Of a stretch of DNA of 32,000 nt, positions 19,562-28,734 are shown piece by piece. The notes under the pieces are model-generated. The model had not been told where the DNA came from, did no database searches, and saw only the letters and a program-made list of their open reading frames with translations. Each line of letters starts with the position of its first letter. Position 1 is the first letter of the stretch. The position numbers and the translations under genes are program-made. This DNA comes from Buchnera aphidicola (Therioaphis trifolii) (GTDB lineage: Bacteria; Pseudomonadota; Gammaproteobacteria; Enterobacterales; Enterobacteriaceae), in NCBI RefSeq assembly GCF_005080705.1, contig NZ_CP032996.1, positions 240,001 to 272,000 on the forward strand, written 5' to 3'.

Positions 19562-19735
19562 ATGGCAGTTCAAAAAAGTAAACCAACACGTTCAAAAAGA
19601 GGAATGAGAAGATCTCATGATAAAGTAATATCCCCTCTATTATCTAAAGATAAATTTAGTAAAGAAGATCATATTCGTCATTGTATGACAAAAAAATTAT
19701 TTTATAAAGGAAAAAAAATTTTTAAAAAAAAATAA
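19562..19735 (+). CDS. rpmF: 50S ribosomal protein L32 (not in the ORF track)
   Basis: Hand translation gives [57 protein letters not shown] (57 aa). E. coli L32 starts [20 protein letters not shown]. Confidence 0.95.
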   Translation: MAVQKSKPTRSKRGMRRSHDKVISPLLSKDKFSKEDHIRHCMTKKLFYKGKKIFKKK

Positions 19736-19762
19736 TATAAATATATATTTTAATATAAATAA

Positions 19763-19802
19763 AATTTAATATAAATATAATAATTTTTATTTATATTAAA
19801 TT
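19763..19802 (+). terminator. A/T-only 15-bp inverted repeat after rpmF; possible weak terminator
   Basis: aatttaatataaata (19763-19777) pairs with tatttatattaaatt (19788-19802), with a 10-nt loop. A T7 run lies at 19812-19818. Confidence 0.2.
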
Positions 19803-19856
19803 ATATTTATATTTTTTTATAATATGTAAATATAATTTAAATATAGGAAATATATA

Positions 19857-20786
19857 TTGAATTTAAAAATATCTATGATTTTTCCAGGACAGGGATTACA
19901 AAAAAATCAAAAATTACTTCATTTAAATAAAATTAATAATATTATAAAAAAAACTTTTGAAGAAGCATCAGAATATTTAAATTATAATATTTGGAATTTA
20001 ATAAAAAAACCATTTAATATATTAATAAAACATGAATATATACAACCAATAATATTAACTTCTTCTATTTCTATATATAGATTTTGGAAAGATTTAGGTG
20101 GTATAGATCCTCATTTATCAACAGGACATAGTCTAGGTGAATATTCTGCATTAATATGTAGTCATTCAATAACATTTTCAGATGGATTAAAATTAATACA
20201 TAAAAGAGAAAAAATGATGAAACAATGTACTAAAAAATTTAATATGCAAATGAAAGTTGTTATTGGAATAAAAAAAAATATAATATTGAAAATCTTTAAA
20301 AAAAATTTATTAACAAATAAAGTTAATATTTCCAGTATTAACTCAAAAAAACAAATTATTATATCTGGATATAAAACATCTATAAAAAAAGTTAGTTTAG
20401 AATGTAAAAAAATTGGTGCAAAAATTATTAATTTACCTACTAATATTGTATCACATTGTTTTATTATGAAAAAAATAAAAAGAAAATTTTCTAAACAAAT
20501 AAAAAAAATATCTATTAAAAAAACTAAATATCCAGTTATTAATAGTATTTCAATAAAAAAACAAATTTCTAAATATACAATTCAAAAATCTTTAATTAAA
20601 CAATTATTTCAAACAGTACAATGGAAAAAAACAATGGATTTTATTATACCTAAATCAGATTTAATATTAGAAATGGGAACAAATAATTTTTTAACAAAAT
20701 TACATAAAAATAATAAAAATATAAAATTTATACCAATGAATAATTTAAAAAATATTAATATAACATTAAATTTATTAAAAAAATAA
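19857..20786 (+). CDS. fabD: malonyl-CoA:ACP transacylase
   Basis: Contains IFPGQG and the active-site GHSLGEYSA. TTG start 19857 has AGGA 8 nt upstream and gives the same N-terminal length as E. coli FabD. ATG 19875 is an alternative start. Confidence 0.88.
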   Translation: MNLKISMIFPGQGLQKNQKLLHLNKINNIIKKTFEEASEYLNYNIWNLIKKPFNILIKHEYIQPIILTSSISIYRFWKDLGGIDPHLSTGHSLGEYSALICSHSITFSDGLKLIHKREKMMKQCTKKFNMQMKVVIGIKKNIILKIFKKNLLTNKVNISSINSKKQIIISGYKTSIKKVSLECKKIGAKIINLPTNIVSHCFIMKKIKRKFSKQIKKISIKKTKYPVINSISIKKQISKYTIQKSLIKQLFQTVQWKKTMDFIIPKSDLILEMGTNNFLTKLHKNNKNIKFIPMNNLKNINITLNLLKK

Positions 20787-20789
20787 AAA

Positions 20790-21527
20790 ATGATAAAAAA
20801 AAATAAAAAAATTGCTTTAATTACTGGAGCAAGTCGGGGAATTGGAAAAAAAATTGCACAGGAATTATCTAATAATAATATTATAGTAATTGGTACATCA
20901 ACAAATCGTGAAGGTGTAAAAAAAATTAATAATATGTTAAATAAAAAAGGTTATGGTATTATTTTAAATTTAAATAATTTTTGTGAAATTTCTCAATGCA
21001 TAAAGATAATTTATGCAACATTTAAAAAAATTGATATATTAATTAATAGTGCGGCAATAAAAATTGATAAATTATTTATTAATATGAGTTTAAAAGAATG
21101 GAATACAGTTTTAAAAATTAATTTAACAGCTATATTTTATATTACTCAATTAGTTGTAAAAAAAATGATAAAAAAAAAATATGGACGTATTATTACAATT
21201 GGTTCTATAATTGGAAATATAGGAAATATAGGACAAATTAATTATTCAGCATCTAAATCTGGAATAATTGGATTTAATAAAACATTAGCTTTAGAAGTTG
21301 CTTCAAAAGGAATTACAGCAAATATTATTTCACCAGGATTTATACAATCAGGAATGACTAAAACTATATCAAAAAAAAAAAAAAAAGAATTTTTATTAAA
21401 AATTCCTGTAAAAAAATTCGGTTCTAAAAAACATATTTCTTCTATAATATTATTTTTAATTTCTAAAGAATCATCTTATATTACAGGACAAAATATACAT
21501 ATTAATGGTGGAATGTATATGAATTAA
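20790..21527 (+). CDS. fabG: 3-oxoacyl-ACP reductase
   Basis: 245 aa, with TGASRGIGK, the YSASKSG catalytic motif and a C-terminal YITGQNIHINGGMYMN as in E. coli FabG. Confidence 0.95.
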   Translation: MIKKNKKIALITGASRGIGKKIAQELSNNNIIVIGTSTNREGVKKINNMLNKKGYGIILNLNNFCEISQCIKIIYATFKKIDILINSAAIKIDKLFINMSLKEWNTVLKINLTAIFYITQLVVKKMIKKKYGRIITIGSIIGNIGNIGQINYSASKSGIIGFNKTLALEVASKGITANIISPGFIQSGMTKTISKKKKKEFLLKIPVKKFGSKKHISSIILFLISKESSYITGQNIHINGGMYMN

Positions 21528-21607
21528 AATAATAATATTATTAAAAATAATTTTATTATATATAATATATATATATATATAAAATTTTATTAAATAAAAA
21601 AATAAAA

Positions 21608-21844
21608 ATGAAAAATATTAAAAATAAAATAAAAAAAATTATTTCAAATATTATGGAAATAGAAATTAAAAAAATACATGATAAAACAAATTTAATTACA
21701 GATTTAAAAGTTGATTCTTTAGATATTATTGAAATAATCATGGCTATTGAAGAAAAATTTAATATAGAAATACCAGAATCAGAAGTTGAAAAATTTAACA
21801 CTATTAATTTTATTACTGAATATATTCAAAAAAATAAAAAATAA
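21608..21844 (+). CDS. acpP: acyl carrier protein
   Basis: 78 aa. LKVDSLDIIEIIMAIEEKFNIEIP contains the DSLD phosphopantetheine-attachment serine. Confidence 0.94.
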   Translation: MKNIKNKIKKIISNIMEIEIKKIHDKTNLITDLKVDSLDIIEIIMAIEEKFNIEIPESEVEKFNTINFITEYIQKNKK

Positions 21845-21865
21845 AATATTATGTAATATACAGAT

Positions 21866-22522
21866 ATGAATTTTAAAAATAGTAAATTCATTGTTTTAGA
21901 AGGAATAGATGGATCAGGAAAAACTCAGGCTTGTAAATTAATAGCAAAAATATTAAAAAAACATAATATTAAATATATTATAGTTAGAGAACCAGGGGGA
22001 ACTCCAATATCAGAAAAAATAAGAAAAATTATAAAACATATTAATTTATATGAAATATTAAATAATAAAACAATACTTTTATTAGTATATGCTTCTCGTA
22101 TGCAACTTATACAAAATATAATTAAACCAGCATTAAAAAATAATATTTGGATAATTTCTGATAGATATGATTTATCATCATTTGCATATCAAGGAGGGGG
22201 TTATAAAATTAATAATAATATTATTCAATATTTAAAAAATATAATTGTTAATTCTTATAATCCAGATTTAACAATATATTTAGATGTTATTCCAAAAAAT
22301 GCATTAAAACGAATTATTATTAGAGGTAAATTAGATAAAATAGAAAAAAATAATTTAAGTTTTTTTAAAAGAATTAGAAATATTTATTTAAATTTAATAT
22401 CTAAAGATATAAATAGTTTACTTATTAATGCTAATCTTAAAATAGATATTGTACATCAAGATATAAAAAATAAATTTACAAAATGGTTAAAAAAATGCAA
22501 ACAGGATGGTATCCATGGTTAA
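21866..22522 (+). CDS. tmk: thymidylate kinase
   Basis: 218 aa, with FIVLEGIDGSGKTQ (P-loop), REPGGT and DRYDLSSFAYQGGG. Confidence 0.94.
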   Translation: MNFKNSKFIVLEGIDGSGKTQACKLIAKILKKHNIKYIIVREPGGTPISEKIRKIIKHINLYEILNNKTILLLVYASRMQLIQNIIKPALKNNIWIISDRYDLSSFAYQGGGYKINNNIIQYLKNIIVNSYNPDLTIYLDVIPKNALKRIIIRGKLDKIEKNNLSFFKRIRNIYLNLISKDINSLLINANLKIDIVHQDIKNKFTKWLKKCKQDGIHG

Positions 22523-23478
22523 ATTTAGTTTATAAAAATATTATAAATAATTATCAAAAAAATAAATTACATCATACAATTATTATTGAATCATATAATA
22601 TTAATAATACATATAAAATAATATGGGCTATTAGTAAATGGATTTTATGTAATCAAAAGAATGGAATTAAATATTGTGGAAAATGTACAGGATGTTCTTT
22701 AATAAAAAATAAAAATCATCCTGATTTTTATATTTTTTTACCTAATAAAAAAAATAATATTTTAGAAATAGAAAAAATTAAAAATATATTAAATAATATT
22801 CAAAACACCGCACAACAAAATAATAATAAAATATTATGGATTCCTAATTATAATTTATTAACAATTTTTGGAATTAATATATTATTAAAAATTATAGAAG
22901 AACCTCCTAAAAATACATTTTTTTTTATTGGCAATAATTATAATAAAAAAATAGAAATGACTTTTAAAAGTAGATGTTTATTATATCGTATACCTAAACC
23001 AAGTGAAAAAATTGGATTACTTTGGATTAAAAAAAAAAATAATTTTAAAACTAAAAATTGTTTAATTGCATTACAAATACATAATTATGATCCAGAATTA
23101 GCATATATTGCATTAAATAAAAAAAATTGGAATAAAAGAATTAATTTTTACAAAAATATTAATATTTCAATAAATATAAATAATTTTTTCATTCTTTTAC
23201 CTAAAATTAATACTGATAATATTTTTATTAAAATTTATTGGATAATTTTATTATTAATGGATGGATTAAAATATAAAAAAAAATTATTTTTTCATCTAAT
23301 TAATATAGATCAAATAGATTTAATTAAAAAAATATCAAAAAAATATTCATATATTCATTTAAATAATATTTTAAAATCTTGGATAAAATGTAGATATCAA
23401 TTAATAAATATTAAAAACATTAATTTTGAATTATTAATACTAAAACAATTATTTAAATGGAAAATTTTAAATTCTTAA
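22495..23478 (+). CDS. holB: DNA polymerase III delta-prime subunit
   Basis: MQTGWYPWL matches E. coli MRWYPWL, so ATG 22495 is preferred over the track start 22483. Contains the Cys cluster CGKCTGCSLI, LLKIIEEPP and KSRC. It overlaps the tmk 3' end by 28 nt. Confidence 0.88.
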   Translation: MQTGWYPWLNLVYKNIINNYQKNKLHHTIIIESYNINNTYKIIWAISKWILCNQKNGIKYCGKCTGCSLIKNKNHPDFYIFLPNKKNNILEIEKIKNILNNIQNTAQQNNNKILWIPNYNLLTIFGINILLKIIEEPPKNTFFFIGNNYNKKIEMTFKSRCLLYRIPKPSEKIGLLWIKKKNNFKTKNCLIALQIHNYDPELAYIALNKKNWNKRINFYKNINISININNFFILLPKINTDNIFIKIYWIILLLMDGLKYKKKLFFHLINIDQIDLIKKISKKYSYIHLNNILKSWIKCRYQLINIKNINFELLILKQLFKWKILNS

Positions 23479-23509
23479 ATAATACTATAAAAAATAATGA
23501 GTATATTTT

Positions 23510-24292
23510 ATGTATTTAATTGATTCACATTGTCACTTAAATCTTATAAGATCTAATAATAAAAAATATAACATTAATACAATTCTAAAAAACGCAAAAA
23601 ATAATTCTGTAAAATTAATTTTAAATATTTCAACATCTATTACTGATTATTTAGAATCATTTCAATATTTTAAAAAATATATAAATATTTTATATAGTTG
23701 CGGTATTCATCCTTTAAATAAAGATATTAAAAATTTAAAAAATATTGATAAATTAGAAAAAATTATTATTTGTAATAAAAATATTATTGCATTAGGTGAA
23801 ACTGGACTTGATTTTTTTTATTCAAAAAGTAATTGTAAAATACAAATAGATATATTTCAAAAACATATTTATTTAGGAAAAAAATATAATAAACCAATAA
23901 TAATACATACTAGAAATGCAAAAAAAGATACAATCAATATTTTATCTAATAAAGAATTTCAATCTTGTTCGGGAGTTATACATTCCTTTACAGGAGATAT
24001 AGAAATGGCAAGAAAATTATTAAATTTAGGATTTTATATTTCTTTTTCTGGTATTGTTACTTTCAAAAATGCATTATATGTACAAGAAATAGCAAAATTT
24101 ATACCAATTGATCGTTTACTTATTGAAACTGATTCTCCATATTTATCTCCAGAACCTCATAGAGGTAAAAGTAATCAACCTGCTAATTTATTATATATTG
24201 CAAATTATATTTCAAAATTAAAAAAAATTCATATATATGACATGTCAAAAATAATTAAAAAAAATTTTTATTCGTTATTTAAAATTAATTAA
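23510..24292 (+). CDS. ycfH: TatD-family metal-dependent deoxyribonuclease/hydrolase YcfH
   Basis: 260 aa, with MYLIDSHCHLN, GETGLDFFY, IIHTR and LIETDSPYLSPEPHRGKSNQPA, colinear with E. coli YcfH. Confidence 0.92.
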   Translation: MYLIDSHCHLNLIRSNNKKYNINTILKNAKNNSVKLILNISTSITDYLESFQYFKKYINILYSCGIHPLNKDIKNLKNIDKLEKIIICNKNIIALGETGLDFFYSKSNCKIQIDIFQKHIYLGKKYNKPIIIHTRNAKKDTINILSNKEFQSCSGVIHSFTGDIEMARKLLNLGFYISFSGIVTFKNALYVQEIAKFIPIDRLLIETDSPYLSPEPHRGKSNQPANLLYIANYISKLKKIHIYDMSKIIKKNFYSLFKIN

Positions 24293-24341
24293 TTAAAAAT
24301 CATAAATTTTTAAATAAAAATATATTTAGGAAATATTTAAT

Positions 24342-25781
24342 ATGGTAAAAAATATATTTTCAAATTTACAAAAATTAGGAAAATCATTAATGTTACCAGT
24401 ATCAGTATTACCAATTGCTGGTATTTTATTAGGTGTTGGATCTGCTAATTTTACTACAATATCTCCAACCGTATCTCATATTATGGCAGAAACAGGAGGT
24501 GCTGTATTTAAAAATATACCTCTTATTTTTTCAATAGGTATTGCCTTAGGTTTTACAAATAATGATGGAATTGCTGCATTAGCTGCAGTTGTTTGTCATG
24601 AAATTATGATTCAAACAACATCTATTGTTATTCCTATAGTTTTAAAAAATGAATCAATTTGTTTACATCATAAATATTTTTGTGATATTGGTATTTTTGG
24701 AGGAATTATTTCTGGTATCATTACAGCTTACTTATTTAATAAATTTTCAAATATTGAATTACCAGAATATTTAGGTTTTTTTTCTGGAAAACGTTTTATT
24801 CCTATGATTGCCGGATTATTTGCTATAATTTTTGGATGTTTATTATCAATAATATGGCCACCAATTAGTCATATTATTCAAATTTTTTCTACATGGGCTG
24901 CTTATCAAAATCCTATGCTTGCATTTGGAATATATGGTTTTGTAGAACGTGCTTTAGTTCCATTTGGATTACATCATATATGGAATGTTCCATTTCAAAT
25001 GCAAATTGGAGAATATACTAATTCATTAGGACAAACATTTCATGGTGATATCGCAAGATATATAGCAGGTGATAAAACTGCTGGAAAATTAGCAGGAGGT
25101 TTCTTATTTAAGATGTATGGACTTCCTGGAGCAGCATTTGCTATGTGGCATTGTGCAAATAAAAAATATCGCTCAAAAGTTGGAGGAATGATGATTTCTG
25201 CAGCTTTAACAGCATTTTTAACTGGAATTACAGAACCAATTGAATTTTCATTTTTATTAACTGCTCCAATATTATATTTTATACATGCTATTTTATCTGG
25301 ATTAGCTTTTCCTATTTGTATTTTATTAGGTATGCATGCTGGTACTAGTTTTTCACATGGGTTAATTGATTTTATAATATTAAGTGCAAATGGAAAATCA
25401 GTGTGGTTGTTTCCAGTAGTAGGTATAGCATATGGTTTTATTTATTATATTATTTTTTATTGTTTTATTAAATATTTTAATCTTTTAACACCAGGACGAA
25501 AAAGTTTTCAAGAAAGTAATGTTCAAAATCCAAAACAATTAGCACCATTATTAATTCATTCTCTTGGTGGAATAGATAATATTGATCATTTAGATGCTTG
25601 CATTACAAGAATTCGAATTACTGTAAAAGATATAAAAAAAATTAATCAAATTAAAATTAAAAAATTAGGAGCATCTGGAATAATTATTTCAGGATTAGGT
25701 ATTCAAATTGTTTTTGGAACCAAATCAGATAATATAAAAACTGAAATGGATAATTATATTAATAATATAAATAAAAAATAA
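24342..25781 (+). CDS. ptsG: PTS glucose-specific EIICB component
   Basis: 479 aa, strongly colinear with E. coli PtsG ([39 protein letters not shown]) and carrying the EIIB phospho-Cys motif LDACITRIR. Confidence 0.97.
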   Translation: MVKNIFSNLQKLGKSLMLPVSVLPIAGILLGVGSANFTTISPTVSHIMAETGGAVFKNIPLIFSIGIALGFTNNDGIAALAAVVCHEIMIQTTSIVIPIVLKNESICLHHKYFCDIGIFGGIISGIITAYLFNKFSNIELPEYLGFFSGKRFIPMIAGLFAIIFGCLLSIIWPPISHIIQIFSTWAAYQNPMLAFGIYGFVERALVPFGLHHIWNVPFQMQIGEYTNSLGQTFHGDIARYIAGDKTAGKLAGGFLFKMYGLPGAAFAMWHCANKKYRSKVGGMMISAALTAFLTGITEPIEFSFLLTAPILYFIHAILSGLAFPICILLGMHAGTSFSHGLIDFIILSANGKSVWLFPVVGIAYGFIYYIIFYCFIKYFNLLTPGRKSFQESNVQNPKQLAPLLIHSLGGIDNIDHLDACITRIRITVKDIKKINQIKIKKLGASGIIISGLGIQIVFGTKSDNIKTEMDNYINNINKK

Positions 25782-25802
25782 TATATAATACATAAAAAAT
25801 AA

Positions 25803-25851
25803 CTTCTACTACTATTACTTTATTAAAAATATACTATAATAATAGTAGAAG
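25803..25851. terminator. hairpin between convergent ptsG and porin gene; best fit as terminator of the minus-strand porin gene
   Basis: cttctacta (25803-25811) pairs with tagtagaag (25843-25851). The helix extends 5 bp further (tatta/taata) after one C:A mismatch. The minus strand continues ttatttttt. Confidence 0.5.
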
Positions 25852-25878
25852 ATATTAATTCTATATTTTTTTAAATTA

Positions 25879-27015
25879 TTAAAATGAATATGTAATTCCA
25901 CCATCTAAAATAGTATTTGTTTTAAATATATCTATTATATTATCATTTAATATTTCATTTTTATCTTGTAAATACATAAACATATTTTTATTATATTGAT
26001 ATTTAAAAGAAATATTAAATTTATTTAATATATGTAATGCTTTATCTTTTTGAAATAAATTATAATTTTCTGATAAAGTAGACTGATCATTATATAAATA
26101 ACTTATTAATTTATTTCTCATAAAATAAAAATTAGTAGAAATTTTAGGAGTAAAATGATATTCTGATGAAATTTCAGTATTTTGAATATGATCAAAATAT
26201 ATATTTTGATTTGAAATCTTTGAAATATGTTCTGAAACACAATAAGATGCTATAATTTTTGTATTATGAATAATATATTTTATAGAGCACCCATAAGCTT
26301 CGTTTTTATCTTTTAAAAATTTAGAATCTATTGGATTTAAATAATGACTTAAATTGGATACATAAATACCTGTAATATATCCTTTAGAATTATTAAAATT
26401 ATATCGAATCGAATGACTTAATAAGTCATGATTCATATCTATTAATGAATCATTATGTTTATATTGATACTGCGATGTTATAGTTAGGTTATCTATTAAT
26501 CCAAAAAAACCGGTATTATAATAAGATATAAAATTATTTACTTGATTTGTTAAATCATTTAAAAAATATGGAGATTGATGATAAAATTTGTCATAAAAAT
26601 ATTGTTTATGTAATTTATTTATATCATAAATTAAATTATAATCTGTTCCATATTCTATATTTCCTATTTTTTTGATCTTCATTCCTATAATCATAGGGTG
26701 TAAAAAATATTTTCTTGTATAAATAGAATTATTATCATTATTAAAAGTAAAACTTGTTTTAAAATAAGTAATAATATTGAATTTTTTATTTGAACCAAAT
26801 AATACTGCATTTAAAGAACCATTATATTTACTATCTTGAATATTGTGATCTTTTAAATTATATGAATATTTTTTATTTTGATTTACTAAAACATCTAATT
26901 TCACATTAACATCTTTATTTTCTAATATTGTAAATCCATAAGCGACATTAATAGATAATAATGCTGAAAAAATTATTACTATAATATTTTTAATATTTAT
27001 CATATATTTTCTCAT
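25879..27015 (-). CDS. ompF: OmpF/OmpC-family general porin (highly diverged)
   Basis: 378 aa with a signal-like N-terminus ending AYG. Porin blocks are GNIEYGTDYNLIYD (E. coli GSFDYGRNYGVVYD), YYNTGFFGLIDNLTITSQYQ ([20 protein letters not shown]) and YQYNKNMFMYL (YYFNKNMSTYV). The terminal residue is Phe. Confidence 0.85.
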   Translation of the reverse strand: MRKYMINIKNIIVIIFSALLSINVAYGFTILENKDVNVKLDVLVNQNKKYSYNLKDHNIQDSKYNGSLNAVLFGSNKKFNIITYFKTSFTFNNDNNSIYTRKYFLHPMIIGMKIKKIGNIEYGTDYNLIYDINKLHKQYFYDKFYHQSPYFLNDLTNQVNNFISYYNTGFFGLIDNLTITSQYQYKHNDSLIDMNHDLLSHSIRYNFNNSKGYITGIYVSNLSHYLNPIDSKFLKDKNEAYGCSIKYIIHNTKIIASYCVSEHISKISNQNIYFDHIQNTEISSEYHFTPKISTNFYFMRNKLISYLYNDQSTLSENYNLFQKDKALHILNKFNISFKYQYNKNMFMYLQDKNEILNDNIIDIFKTNTILDGGITYSF

Positions 27016-27099
27016 GTAATTAGTTAAAAGATTATAAAATTTTTAAATTAAATTAATATTAATATTATATATAAAAATAAATAATTTTGATATTTTATT

Positions 27100-28494
27100 T
27101 TAACACAAAACATTATTTACTGTTCTTGGAAAAGGAGCAACATCTTTTACATTTTTAATTCCAGTAATAAATGATACTAATCTCTCAAAACCTAATCCAA
27201 AACCAGAATGTGGAACGCTTCCATAACGACGTAAATCAATATACCATAAATAATCTTTTTTATTTAATCCCAAATCTACTATTCGTTTTTTTAAAAAATT
27301 TTTTCGTTCTTCTCTTTCTGAACCACCTATTATTTCTCCAATATTAGGAACTAAAAAATCCATCGCAGCTACAGTATTATGATCATTATTTAATCTCATA
27401 TAAAATGCTTTTAAATTTTTTGGATAATTTATAACAAAAATTGGTGCATTAAAATAATTATTTACAAGATATTTTTCATGTTCTGAACATAAATCAATAC
27501 CAAAATTAATAGAATTTTTAAAATATGTTTTTGATTTTAATAAAATTTTAATAGCATCATTATATTCAATAATAGTAATTTTTGAATTTAAAAAATTTTC
27601 TAATCTAAGAAATATATTTTTATCAATTTTATTATATAAAAATTCTAATTCTAAATTACAATTTTTTAAAATATTTTTTATAATATATTTAATTATATTA
27701 TTTGATAATTTAATAATATCAGTTAATGTAGAAAATGCTTCTTCAATTTCTAACATCCAAAATTCAGATAAATGACGTGTTGTATTAGAATTTTCAGCTC
27801 TAAATGTTGGTCCAAAAGTATACACTTTAGTCATTGCACATGCATACGCTTCTGCTGTTAACTGACCAGATACTGTTAAAAAAGTTTTTTTACCAAAAAA
27901 ATTTTTTTTTATAAAATGTATATTATTATCTTTATTATCTTGATTTTTATTTAATGTTGATACATGAAACATTGAACCTGCTCCTTCAGAATTTAAACTA
28001 GTAATAATTGGAGTAGGAATCCAAAAATAATTTTTTTTTTGTAAAAAATTATGAATAGAATAAAATATATTATTTCGAATTCTAGTAATAGATCCAATTA
28101 AATTCGTTCTAGGTCTAAGATGAGGAATAGATCTTAAAAATTCAAGGGTATTATTTTTAGAAGAAATTGGATATTCATTTGGAGAATCAATCCAACCAAG
28201 AACTTTAATTGTATTAATTTTAATTTCATATTTTTGATTTTTTCCATGTGATAAAATTAATACTCCTATAATATTAACTGAACAACCAATTGTTAATTTT
28301 AATACTTCATTATAATTAATAATATTTTTTTTTACAATACCCTGAATGATATTAGAACAAGACCCATCATAAATATCAATAAATGAAATACCAGATTTAG
28401 AATGTCTTCGATTTTTAATCCATCCATATATATTAATAATTTTATTAATTAAATTACATTTTTTATATATTTGATTAATTGTAATTCTTTTCAT
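27100..28494 (-). CDS. asnS: asparagine--tRNA ligase
   Basis: 464 aa, with HLRPRTNLIGSITRIRN, FGPTFRAENSNTTRHLSEFWMLE and GSVPHSGFGLGFERL, colinear with E. coli AsnS. Confidence 0.96.
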   Translation of the reverse strand: MKRITINQIYKKCNLINKIINIYGWIKNRRHSKSGISFIDIYDGSCSNIIQGIVKKNIINYNEVLKLTIGCSVNIIGVLILSHGKNQKYEIKINTIKVLGWIDSPNEYPISSKNNTLEFLRSIPHLRPRTNLIGSITRIRNNIFYSIHNFLQKKNYFWIPTPIITSLNSEGAGSMFHVSTLNKNQDNKDNNIHFIKKNFFGKKTFLTVSGQLTAEAYACAMTKVYTFGPTFRAENSNTTRHLSEFWMLEIEEAFSTLTDIIKLSNNIIKYIIKNILKNCNLELEFLYNKIDKNIFLRLENFLNSKITIIEYNDAIKILLKSKTYFKNSINFGIDLCSEHEKYLVNNYFNAPIFVINYPKNLKAFYMRLNNDHNTVAAMDFLVPNIGEIIGGSEREERKNFLKKRIVDLGLNKKDYLWYIDLRRYGSVPHSGFGLGFERLVSFITGIKNVKDVAPFPRTVNNVLC

Positions 28495-28734
28495 ACTTTA
28501 CATAACCTATTTATATAAAAATAGTATTTTATTAATTATTTAAATAAAATAAAAATAATTATATCATATATATAATTTAAAAAAATTATTTTTTTACATT
28601 TTTTTAAAAAATTCACTATATATAATATTATATATTTATATTAAATAAATATAAAATAATATTTATCATTATTTTAATTAAAATAATTATTTTAATATTT
28701 AAAATTCAAAAATATATTTATTTATATATAATGA

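Noticed and set aside
21556-21801. 81-aa minus-strand ORF opposite acpP
   Set aside because: It is antisense to acpP, which has the diagnostic DSLD site. The translation is an Ile/Phe/Ser repeat-like artefact.
28677-28696. 20-nt perfect palindrome attaaaataattattttaat downstream of valS
   Set aside because: It is A/T only with a zero-length loop, so at most about 8 usable A:U pairs. It is indistinguishable from chance in a two-letter spacer and is not called as a terminator.
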